From: Macrostomum lignano
Lineage: Eukaryota
NCBI GenBank assembly: GCA_002269645.1
Contig: NIVC01000090.1
Coordinates: forward strand, 1-64,000
Direction of reading: 5' to 3'
Length of the DNA: 64,000 bases
Shown: piece after piece, positions 24,560 through 35,862 of the stretch
Layout of the letters: every line of letters begins with the position of its first letter
How positions within the stretch are numbered: position 1 is the stretch's first letter
Notes under the pieces: model-generated
The model's database searches: none
What the model saw: the letters and a program-made list of their open reading frames with translations, nothing else
What the model was told of the DNA's origin: nothing
Made by a program: the position numbers and the translations under genes

Positions 24560-24990
24560 ACCGAGGTAGAGTGAGGTAGACATTGTGTAGAGAGTGAGGT
24601 AGACATTGTGTAGAGAGTGAGGTAGATAGGGGTGTAGAGAGTGAAGTAGACACTGTGTGGAGAGTAGAGTAGACATGGTGTAGAGAGTGAGGTAGATGTA
24701 GAGAGTGAGGTAGACAAGGGGTGTAGAGAGTGAGGTAGATAGGGGTGTAGAGAGTGAGGTAGATAGGGGTGTAGAGAGTGAGGTAGATAGGGGTGTAGAG
24801 AGTGAGGTAGATAGGGGTGTAGAGAGTGAGGTAGATAGGGGTGTAGAGAGTGAGGTAGATAGGGGTGTAGAGAGTGAGGTAGATAGGGGTGTAGAGAGTG
24901 AGGTAGACACTGTGTGGAGAGTAGAGTAGACACGGTGTAAAGTGAGGTAGATGTAGAGAGTGAGGTAGACAAGGGGTGTAGAGAGTGGGG
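24560..24990. repeat. 24-bp minisatellite (GTGTAGAGAGTGAGGTAGATAGGG) just 3' of CCDC42
   Basis: Read directly. Confidence 0.92.
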
Positions 24991-25626
24991 TTGACATGAT
25001 GTAGAGCGTGCAGTAGTCAAAGTATAGAGTAAGTGGAAAATTAGTGAACTGGGTATGCCATATCTAGACAAATTTGAAACAATATTTGTAATTCGCATAT
25101 TAACTTACTTTTTCTGGTCAATATTTTTTCTGAAATCATCCATTTTACATCGCGGTTTTTTTTCTCTTTGATCCGCGCATTTTTTACAATTTCATAGTTT
25201 TTATTTTCTCGATTTAAACAAAAGATATTTTAGGATAGTTTCTATTAAATTATTCAGATTGTGGAATATTTGTGAGAAAGATAACTACGAGGAAAATTTT
25301 TTCAATTTCAATAATTTGCCCATGTTTTTATTGCAAGACTATGGGAAAGATTAGGCATTTTACGAGCTACGGTATAAACTCCATCCTGATAATTTGGGAC
25401 GTGATCAAGCTCTTTTTTCAAAAAATCAGATCGCTTTATAGTTAGGAAAACGTCCCAATCTGGAGTATGATCTGGGAGTATAATTACCAAAATTTGTTGT
25501 TGAAAAAGTCTAGCGAGTAAAAATTGGACAAGTAATTAAGAAATAATAAGGCTTATAATGTACATTGGCTGTTGTGCATAGTGAAATGTACGCTACTAGT
25601 AGATGTTTTTCTACCCCTAATGTACG

Positions 25627-25805
25627 CGGGCCGTGGCCCAGTGGTCTAGCCAGCGGCCCAGGATCGATTCCAAGTGCAGTCACATTAATTTGAGGCTAAA
25701 TTGGAATCTCGGCTTGGCTCTGCTCGTGCAATTAACGCCCCCAGCTTGAGGACCAACCACCAAGGCACAGTGAAGTGTACATGCCTAAACTCGTAATGTA
25801 CACAG
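25627..25805 (+). mobile_element. tRNA-derived SINE copy
   Basis: A box TGGCCCAGTGG and B box GGATCGATTCC. Body CAAGGCACAG..AAGTGTACATGCCT is shared with the copy at 50700-50905. Confidence 0.6.
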
Positions 25806-26099
25806 AACAGGGATTTCCTAAGTCTATTTTTAGCATCTCGAAATGATTTCATTCAGTAGCTATAAGAATGGTGGAGTTGAGTTAACTCTGTTTTTTAATT
25901 GTCAAAAAGGATACTTTTTTGTCTTTAATTAATTGAATTTATGGTGACTTTTCGCTGTTTTTAACCTCTAGTCCTTTCTTCTATCACAGACGTGCGCAAT
26001 TAACACAACTTTGAAACGTTTTTCTTGAAAAAATACAGTTTTCACTTTTTGACCAGTAAATCCACAAAAAAGTAAATCTATTAATTTGTCTGTTTTATG

Positions 26100-26490
26100 G
26101 CGCCCATTGTGCCACAGGCACTCTTTTTTAATTTAAGCACCACAGGCACTCATTTTTCATTTTAGCACCACAGGCACTGTTTTTAGCGCCACAGGCACTC
26201 ATTTTAGCGCCGCAGGCACTCACTTTAGCGCCACAGGCACTCATTTTAGCGCCGCAGGCACTCATTTTAGCGCCGCAGGCACTCACTTTAGCGCCACAGG
26301 CACTCACTTTAGCGCCACAGGCACTCACTTTAGCGCCACAGGCACTCACTTTAGCGCCACAGGCACTCATTTTAGCGCCGCAGGCACTCATTTTAGCGCC
26401 GCAGGCACTCACTTTAGCGCCACAGGCACTCATTTTAGCGCCGCAGGCACTCATTTTAGCGCCGCAGGCACTCATTTTAGCGCCGCAGGC
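26100..26490. repeat. 21-bp minisatellite (GCGCCACAGGCACTCATTTTA)
   Basis: Read directly. The SACGAKM ORF is an artefact. Confidence 0.95.
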
Positions 26491-26609
26491 ACTTATTTTG
26501 TCGCCCTGAAGCAAAATTATTGATTTCCATAACGGGTTAGCATTGGAATTTCCCCTCATAGATCGATTTTACTGGGGGTGGGGACATGTTCCCCGGTGGC
26601 GACGCCCTC

Positions 26610-26670
26610 GATTAGACAGTCAGGGCCAATGTACACCCTGTGTGAGCGAGTTCCGACTGCCGCCTCTCGC
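26610..26670 (+). mobile_element. SINE body fragment
   Basis: AGTCAGGGCC...CACCCTGTGTGAGCG is shared with 50852-50882. A weaker match lies at ~16592-16617. Confidence 0.45.
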
Positions 26671-27959
26671 ACTGCAAAAACAACTAACATACACATGTAG
26701 GATGTTGAAAAAGATGTCGAAGTCATTCGTCAACATATTTTCGGCGGCTGCACATGCGCGATATCAATTATAGATACTTTGATCTAGCTCAATTGAGTCC
26801 AAATTCGGTAATTCTGATTCGAGATCGCACGAAACTTGCTTGCTCTGCATAAACAAAAAGTAGCTTCTATTAGAAGATATTATAGAAGACAAAGAGCTAA
26901 AGCAAAAGGAGCCCCGTGCCCCGTCAGAGAGGGACGGCGGCCGGGGAACTGACAGTTGAATTTTCGTGACATAAGTTTCCTGAGCAGCTGTTGTTGCTGC
27001 ATCAAAGCCCGTGCGACTTGAAGAAGAAGAAAAAGTAGAAGCGGCTACATATGAGCAGATGGCCTCTTATTTTGATGCAGGCTCTCGTCCCAGCTCCTAG
27101 CGTAATGATAGGGAGCGCAGGGCAAGTGCTGCTCGGTCATTTCAGAGCTCAGAGAGCTGCTTTCAGCTTAATGATGATGATGATAATGACAAGCTGCAAA
27201 TCTGCAGGATGTGCGCGCAGGTGCTTTAGCTGTAGATGAATCAATTAGACATGCGGCTAGGTACAATGGGAAACCCATTTTAAATAGGCTGTGTAGGCAC
27301 GACGAGACAAATTAAGGGAATTCGTCTGTGCAATCGCCGCTCTGCATTAATGCGAGACACACAGAGAGAGACAGCTGCAAATGAATTTGGCCGACACGGA
27401 ATCAAATCATTTTTTATCGACTTTAAAGCGCCTAGAAGTCCCAGTAAGACGGATGTTTTGTTGTTTAAAACCTTCGAATTCAGGCATGCTTTTGCTGTCC
27501 AAACTTCATTAAATTAAACTTTGATTTATGCCTTCAAAATATTCAGAATATTTATCCAAAGCTTTTTTCTGATCAGAAACCTGACAAGTTTTGTTGCTAA
27601 TTATACGGCTGTTTTTGTGACTGGCAAAGCAAGAGAAAAAACACGAAAGCACGGATTTTAACCCGATTGGACAACGAATCTTGTGCCCAATGAAGCCCCT
27701 GCAATGCAATTAGATAAATGTATTTATGTATAACTGTGAATTTCCTCTCTCTATATCATCGAGACAGCTGTGTCAAACAAGAAAAACTATTCTAGAAAAA
27801 AATTGAAGCAAGTAAGTACATTCGATCATGGGTAATTTTTTTATGTTTACAAACGATTTTGACCATTTTTGAAGATCTGGGGAAACAAAAAAAAGAAAAA
27901 CTAATTGAATATACAGGTAAAACTTTATGATACAGGTGACCGCTAAAAGGCACAGTTGA

Positions 27960-28914
27960 CACCACCTCAAAACACAGGTAACCCTTAAACACAGGTACCC
28001 ACTTCAAGACACAGTAACCACTTCAAGACACAGGTAACCCCGTCAAGACACAGGTGTACCCCTTCAAGACACAGGTAACCCCTTCAAGACACAGGTAACC
28101 CCTTCAAGACACAGCTGTACCCCTTCAAGACACAGGTAACCCCTTCAAGACACAGCTGTACCCCTTCAAGACACAGGTAACCCCTTCAAGACACAGCTGT
28201 ACCCCTTCAAGACACAGGTAACCACTTCAAGACACAGGTAACCACTTCAAGACACAGGTAACCACTTCAAGACACAGGTAACCACTTCAAGACACAGGTA
28301 ACCACTTCAAGACACAGGTGTACCCCTTCAAGACACAGCTGTACCCCTTCAAGACACAGCTGTACCCCTTCAAGACACAGTAACCCCTTCAAGACACAGC
28401 TGTACCCCTTCAAGACACAGGTAACCCTTTCAAGATACAGCTGTACCCCTTCAAGACAGAGGTAACCACTTCAAGACACAGGTAACCACCTCAAGACACA
28501 GGTAACCCCTTCAAGACACAGCTGTACCCCTTCAAGACACAGCTGTACCCCTTCAAGACACAGTAACCCCTTCAAGACACAGCTGTACCCCTTCAAGACA
28601 CAGGTAACCCCTTCAAGATACAGCTGTACCCCTTCAAGACAGAGGTAACCACTTCAAGACACAGGTAACCACCTCAAGACACAGGTAACCCCTTCAAGAC
28701 ACAGCTGTACCCCTTCAAGACACAGCTGTACCCCTTCAAGACACAGCTGTACCCCTTCAAGACACAGCTGTACCCCTTCAAGACACAGCTGTACCACTTC
28801 AAGACACAGCTGTACCCCTTCAAGACACAGGTAACCACACTTCAAGACACAGCTGTACCCCTTCAAGACACAGGTAACCCCTTCAAGACACAGCTGTACC
28901 CCTTCAAGACACAG
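27960..28914. repeat. 20/21-bp minisatellite (GTAACCCCTTCAAGACACAG / CTGTACCCCTTCAAGACACAG) abutting an IRS-like exon
   Basis: Read directly. The last unit ends ACACAG immediately before the in-frame exon sequence GTCAAGCAGCAG. Confidence 0.95.
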
Positions 28915-31900
28915 GTCAAGCAGCAGCCACAGCAACCCAGCTATTTAAATCGCAGACCGAAGCACCAGAAACCGCCATGGCCGAATCTGAGCAGCGAACG
29001 AGTCCTGCTAGAAGCGCACGCCTACACGGAGGCAAAGCGCCGACATCGTCGACTATTTCAACTGCAATTAGAGGCCGGCGGCCTGCAGTTGGTGAGCTAC
29101 GACGATCGGCGCCAAATGATTGCGGGCCACTGGCGTCATCGGCTGTGCGTTGAGCAGCTTGTGTGGCTGCAGGTGAGTAACAATAAGCATGCACATGAAT
29201 CAGTTTGTGTACTTTTAGACCGGTATTCTATAGCTACTTGTCAAGGACGACTCCAGTAGGAGAAGGACGGGAAGCTCAGTAGGCAGAAGGTTTTATCGAA
29301 AAAAATCATCAGACCTAAAAATTCGTTTTAAGAATCTTTTTTTTATCCATCTTAGCTTATTGCTGTGTCAACAAAATGGATTTTTAAACTACCATAGCTC
29401 AAGTCTTTATAGCCAATTATTAGCCTATAAAATTAAATACTTTTATTTCACTTTAACGAAGGCTTACTACTGAATGTAGGGATTATAAAACTATTCCCTT
29501 TTTAATAAAGCTATAAGAAAGGAAGCCATATATCAAAAGACGAACATTTGGTCTGTCTTCTATCAAAAGAAAGCTCCTATCTGTGTAATGTATTTTTTCG
29601 GTCAAACATGCCTCCTAAAAATTTTTCCAAAGAAACCTACTCGTAGTTTCTCGTCCTTCTACTTGCTAAAGTCAAAGTCAAATTGGGGTTGTAGAAAGCA
29701 CCGATCGAATTAAGCAAAGATGCGTGCGCTGTGAAGTAAGGTAAACAGTTAGTTGACTTTGAATCAAATTGTGTATAAAACGGCCCTTCTCAGGACGGAA
29801 AATGATTTTATTTGATTATTTCTCCTTTTTTTACCCTCTAGGAGCAGCCAAGCAAGCAGCTGCTGGCTTTGACTTTCCAACGCGACTGGATCCTGATGCG
29901 ATTCGGTTCGGCTAGCGACTTCCATCGCTGGTCGGAACGCTTGAAACCGTTGGCTAGGCCGTTGCTGAACAACCTGATCTACTGTTCCATGGTCAGCATG
30001 CGACGCGGCAGCGGCGAGGCCCGTCAGTTGACTGGCAAACGGCTGGTGCTGAGTCTGACCAGCTGCGAGCTGCATCTGGGACGGGACTGTGTGAGCAGGC
30101 CGGAACTCCGTCTGCTGGTTGTCTGCCTGCGGCGATGTCAGAAGGACGACGATTCAGTTAGGATTCAGTTTGGCACCGGGGAGATGGACCTGCAGGTGAG
30201 AGAGGAGATGGATCTGCAGGTGAGAGAGGAGATGGATCTGCAGGTGAGAGAGGAGATGGATCTGCAGGTGAGAGAGGAGATGGATCTGCAGGTGAGAGGG
30301 GAGATGGATCTGCAGGTGAGAGGGGAGATGGATCTGCAGGTGAGAGGGGAGATGGATCTGCAGGTGAGAGAGGAGATGGATCTGCAGGTGAGAGAGGAGA
30401 TGGATCTGCAGGTGAGAGGAGATGGATCTGCAGGTGAGAGAGGAGATGGATCTGCAGGTGAGAGGGGAGATGGATCTGCAGGTGAGAGAGGAGATGGATC
30501 TGCAGGTGAGAGTGGAGATGGATCTGCAGGTGAGAGAGGAGATGGATCTGCAGGTGAGAGAGGAGATGGATCTGCAGGTGAGAGGGGAGATGGATCTGCA
30601 GGTGAGAGGGGAGATGGATCTGCAGGTGAGAGGGGAGATGGATCTGCAGGTGAGAGAGGAGATGGATCTGCAGGTGAGAGGGGAGATGGATCTGCAGGTG
30701 AGAGAGATGGATCTGCAGGTGAGAGGGGAGATGGATCTGCAGGTGAGAGGGGAGATGGATCTGCAGGTGAGAGGGGAGATGGATCTGCAGGTGAGAGGGG
30801 AGATGGATCTGCAGGTGAGAGAGGAGATGGACCTGTAGGTGAGAGGGGAGACGAAGAAACCAAGACAAGTTAAGAAGATAGATAGTAGGACTCAATGAAA
30901 GAGAGATGAGAAACGATGGGGACTGCAGAGTAAAAGCATTATCAGTTATGTTTTTGAGCTGATCAATTTTTCCAGTCTAGCTTGGTTTACTGCGCGGAAA
31001 TTTTCTCGAGTCGCAGGGCAAAAAGGAAGCAGTTGCTTTCTATATACGGAAGCCAACATCAATGCAAGATTTAATTATCTTTGTATGCCTTATCTGATAT
31101 ACATTATCGACGCGCGTAACATCTTTAGCTTTAATAGGAACGAAAGACGGTAGGAAGAGGGAAAGTCAGTAAACTGTGTAGCCGGCCAGCACTAAAAAGG
31201 AAATAAAATGCTAATAAATATGTGAATAGAAAATGTACGTTTGGCAGCTGTGAGTGTGTAAGTAGATAAATTTTGCCATATAATCATTGTTATTGCTAAA
31301 GCTGACACGAAAGGAGGGAGAGATGGGAAGAGAGGAGGGTGAGGCAGGAAGAGAGGAGGGTGAGATGAAAAGAGAGGAGGGTGAGGCAGGAGGAGAGGAG
31401 GGTAAGGTGGAAAGAGAGGAGGGTGAGATGGGAAGAGACAAGGGTGAGATGGGAAGAGTGGAGGGTGAGATGGGAAGAGTGGAGGGTGAGATGGGAAGAG
31501 ACAAGGGTGAGATGGGAAGAGAGGAGGGTGAGATGGGAAGAGAAGAGGGTGAGATGGAAACAAAGGAGGGTGAGATGGAAACAAAGGAGGGTGAGATGGG
31601 ACGAGAGGAGGGTGAGATGGAAAGAGAGGAGGGTGAGATGAAAAGAGAGGAGGGTGAGATGAGAAGAGAGGAGGGTGAGATGGGAAGAGAGGAGGGTGAG
31701 ATGGGAAGAGAGGAGGGTGAGATGGGAAGAGAGGAGGGTGAGATGGGAAGAGAGGAGGGTGAGATGAGAAGAGAGGAGGGTGAGATGGGAAGAGAGGAGG
31801 GTGAGATGGAAAGAGAGGAGGGTGAGATGGGAAGAGAGGAGGGTGAGATGAAAAGAGAGGAGGGTGAGATGAGAAGAGAGGAGGGTGAGATGGGAAGAGA

Positions 31901-34329
31901 GGAGGGTGAGATGGGAAGAGAAAGGAGGGTGAGATGGAAAGAGAGGAGGGTGAGATGGGAAGAGAGGAGGGTGAGATGAAAAGAGAGGAGGGTGAGATGA
32001 GAAGAGAGGAGGGTGAGATGGGAAGAGAGGAGGGTGAGATGAGAAGAGAGGAGGGTGAGATGGGAAGAGAGGAGGGTGAGATGGGAAGAGAAAGGAGGGT
32101 GAGATGGAAAGACAGTAGGCTGAGACCCGATACTATTAGTAGAATTTATGTCCAGCAAGCTGATGCTCCGCTATTCTGTGGGCAGGTGTTCAATCATCAC
32201 GAGGCCGCCATTCTGCAAGAGGCCCTCATGGGTGCCATCAATGGCTGCTGCGGGCAATCCGTGGCTGACGAAGAATCATCAACGGATTTCGAAACGGCAA
32301 CGGCCGCGGCTGCGGCTGCAACGGCGGAGGCGGCGGAGGCGGCTGCGGCGGAGGCGGAGGCGGCTGCTGCAGCAACGACTCCTGCTGATCGGTCGGACGC
32401 CGCTTCTACCGCGGCCGAACTGAATTTTCGTTCGCCGAAGCGCGGCTGGCAGCCGCAGCAGGCAAAGCCGCAGACGCAGCCGGTGCGCTACAGGAAGCAT
32501 TCGTATCAGAATGAGCCGCAGGGACAGCTGAGGCAGCAGAGGCTGCAACAGAACCAGCAAGGCTTGCAATCGCGTCAGCGGAAAATTTCAGCCGGAAATT
32601 ATGGACTTGGACGGACTGACAGTCAGGAGTTCTCTGTGCAGTCAGATGGTGAGCTGCTACACAGAAGCTACATGAGATTTACCTGTTGGACAGTGCAGAA
32701 GCTACCTGAGATTTACCTGTTACACAGTACAGAAGCTACCTGAGATTTACCTGTTGGACAGTGCAGAATCTACCTGAGATTTACCTGTTGGACAGTGCAG
32801 AAGCTACCTTAGATTTACCTGTTGGACAGTGCAGAAGCTACCTGAGATTTACCTGTTACACAGTGCAGAATCTACCTGAGATTTACCTGTTACACAGTGC
32901 AGAAGCTACCTGAGATTTACCTGTTGGACAGTGCAGAAGCTACCTGAGATTTACCTGTTACACAGTGCAGAAGCTACCTGAGATTTCCCTGTTACACAGT
33001 GCAGAAGCTATCTGAGATTTCCCTGTTACACAGTGCAGAAGCTACCTGAGATTTACCTGTTGGACAGTGCAGAAGCTATCTGAGATTTCCCTGTTACACA
33101 GTGCAGAAGCTACCTGAGATTTCCCTGTTACACAGTGCAGAAGCTACCTGAGATTTACCTGTTACACAGTGCAGAAGCTACCTGAGATTTACCTGTTACA
33201 CAGTGCAGAAGCTACCTGAGATTTACCTGTTACACAGTGCAGAAGCTACCTGAGATTTACCTGTTACACAGTGCAGAAGCTACCTGAGATTTACCTGTTA
33301 CACAGTGCAGAAGCTACCTGAGATTTACCTGTTACACAGTGCAGAAGCTACCTGAGATTTACCTGTTACACAGTGCAGAAGCTACCTGAGATTTACCTGT
33401 TACACAGTGCAGAAGCTACCTGAGATTTACATGTTGGACAGTGCAGAAGCTACCTGAGAATTACCTGTTACACAGTGCAGAAGCTACCTGAGATTTACCT
33501 GTTACACAGTGCAGAAGCTACCTGAGATTTACCTGTTACACAGTGCAGAAGCTACCTGAGATTTACCTGTTACACAGTGCAGAAGCTACCTGAGATTTAC
33601 CTGTTACACAGTGCAGAAGCTACCTGAGATTTACCTGTTGGACAGTGCAGAGTCTACCTGAGATTTACCTGTTACACAGTGCAGAAGCTACCTGAGATTT
33701 ACCTGCTGGACAGTGCAGAAGCTACCTGAGATTTACCTGCTGGACAGTGCAGAAGCTACCTGAGATTTGCAGAAGTTGCAGAAGCTGGCAGCACTTACAC
33801 AGTGCAGAATCTACCTGAGATTTACCTGTTGGACAGTGCAGACTGATGTAGCCTGTTACATAAGCATGCAGTGTCGATCAAATCTTAACTAATAGACATT
33901 TTACCTGTTTTACCTGTTTTACCTGTTTTACCTGTTACCCCACTCTGAATCCGAGTTCAGCAGGCCTGGGCCCGCGCACCTTCAGCATGGGCAGCCGGCA
34001 GCACTCGGGCCTTCAGCTCAGCCGCATCAAACAGGCAGTGGCATCGGCTGCACAGCACTACGGTCACTGCCGGCGCGGACTTCGACCGGTCTCTTATCAG
34101 CAAAAGAGCCTGGACCTCTGGGGCTCTATGGACATTGATGATGATCAGGTTGCTAGTGGAGGAGGAGACGGCGCCTCTGCTGCTATTACTGGCACCGCTC
34201 CCGTCACATCGCAGGCCTCGAAGCCAATCGATAGTGCGGCAGATTTTCGCGTGCGATCCTATTCGTCCTGCAGCCCGGCTGATCGACGCCGCCTGCCTCG
34301 AGGAGTTGGAGGAAGCGGCGAGCCAGGCG

Positions 34330-34366
<37 letters not shown>

Positions 34367-34490
34367 CCAGCACATGGAAATTGTTGGCGCCGGTGGCATC
34401 TGCTTTGGCAGCACCGCCTCGGCCAGCAGGGCAGCTCGTATTCGGAAGCTTCAACCGGCTACGAGCGCTCTGGATGAGAGAGCCGAATAA
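28915..34490 (+). CDS. IRS/chico-like adaptor with PH + IRS-type PTB domains (exons ~28915-29172, 29842-30195, 32186-32648, 33961/33964-34490; 5' end unresolved)
   Basis: PH region [20 protein letters not shown]...KQLLALTF...GSASDFHRW parallels IRS1 MHKRFFVL..EAGGPARLEYY...KHLVALYT...DSEAEQDSW. PTB region LSLTSCEL...[23 protein letters not shown]|[18 protein letters not shown] parallels IRS1 LCLTSKTI...[42 protein letters not shown]. Splice phases are consistent. Confidence 0.8.
30181..30850 (+). repeat. 24-bp array made from the exon 2/intron 2 junction (GAGATGGATCTGCAG|GTGAGAGAG), ~28 units
   Basis: The first unit is the last 15 exon nt plus the first 9 intron nt. Nearly every unit carries CAG|GTGAGA. 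Confidence 0.95.
31310..32110. repeat. 21-bp purine-rich intronic minisatellite (GAGGGTGAGATGGGAAGAGAG)
   Basis: Read directly. The REEGEMG ORFs are artefacts. Confidence 0.95.
32655..33850. repeat. 34-bp intronic minisatellite (CCTGAGATTTACCTGTTACACAGTGCAGAAGCTA)
   Basis: CCTGAG recurs at 34-nt spacing. Confidence 0.95.
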
Positions 34491-34707
34491 ATACCGTAGT
34501 TAAAACTTCATCGCGTTGGTCGTTTTGGTAACGTTTATCGCACTGTATCACTGTATGTTTGTTTTTTTAATAGCTATATAGGATCTTTACATGTGGTACT
34601 TTTGCTTCTATAGTAAACAACATTGCATCATCTTTAATAAGGTTTTTTGCAGCCCATTGAGCCTACGCGCATTGAATTTAATCCAAGATATGTTTTTTTA
34701 ACGGAAT

Positions 34708-35862
34708 GGAACTTTTGTCTATGGTAGCAAGGCTGGCACAGCGGGATTTAATTTTTGGTCCAACAAGCATCAATTTGGTCCAACAAGCATCATTTTGGTC
34801 CAACAAGCATCAATTTGGTCCAACAAGCATCAATTTGGTCCAACAAGCATCAATTTGGTCCAACAAGCATCAATTTGGTCCAACAAGCATCAATTTGGTC
34901 CAACAAGCATCAATTTGGTCCAACAAGCATCAATTTGGTCCAACAAGCATCAATTTGGTCCAACAAGCATCAATTTGGTCCAACAAGCATCAATTTGGTC
35001 CAACAAGCATCAATTTGGTCCAACAAGTATCAATTGGGTCCAACAAGCATCAATTTGGTCCAACAAGCATCAATTTGGTCCAACAAGCATCAATTTGGTC
35101 CAACAAGCATCAATTTGGTCCAACAAGCATCAGTTTGGTCCAAAAGCTCGTGAGCCATTCGGCAAACTCTTGCCTTCTGGCAACTGTCTGCAGGTTGTTG
35201 CGTACTGCTGGCATGTCAGCGTGTCTACCAACAATCTTCAGTCGCTTTTCCAGAGCTCGATCTGCTCCGAGTCGAAATCTGATAACCAACTGGAACTGTT
35301 CCTTCAACTTCTGCTGCATTTTCTGCACCGTCAACAGAGGGTTTCTCAACTGCATCGAGTAGCAGTTGGACCTGAGGCTCTTGAGCAACTTGCCTTGGTG
35401 ATTTCCAGCCTTTCGCAGACAACCTCTGCCGGCAGTGGTTTCAACGCGCTGATGGATGCTGTAAATCATCTTTTCTACTATATTCAGCAAAATTTTGTTG
35501 ACCTCTGTCGAGCGCTTCGATCACAAGCCAATGGGTTCGACAGCCTAGCATCTATGGACCAAATTGATGTTTGTTAGACCAAATTAAATGCCGCTGTGCC
35601 AACCTTGCATGCTACCATAGACAAAATCTCCGTGCACGTTACATTGGCAAACCTATCTTGGATTAGATTAAATGCGCGTAAGCCCAAGTGGGCTGGGCTG
35701 CAAACAGCTATACTGTATTATTGCTTCTGCCAGTCTATTTGAGCTTACTTGCACTGAAATAAAGCAAAGATATATTTGCCAAAGTACTGGAGCTTTTGTC
35801 TATGGTAACAAGGTTGGCACAGCGGTAGATAATTGGGTCCAACGAGCATCAATTTGGTCCAT
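34708..35862. mobile_element. Foldback/TIR-like unit: three ~75-bp terminal-repeat copies (34708+, 35556-35631 inverted, 35789-35862 direct) with a 20-bp satellite expansion (34755-35140)
   Basis: TTTTGTCTATGGTA.CAAGG.TGGCACAGCGG...GGTCCAAC.AGCATCAATTTGGTCC is present three times, one of them inverted. No TSD was found. Confidence 0.65.
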
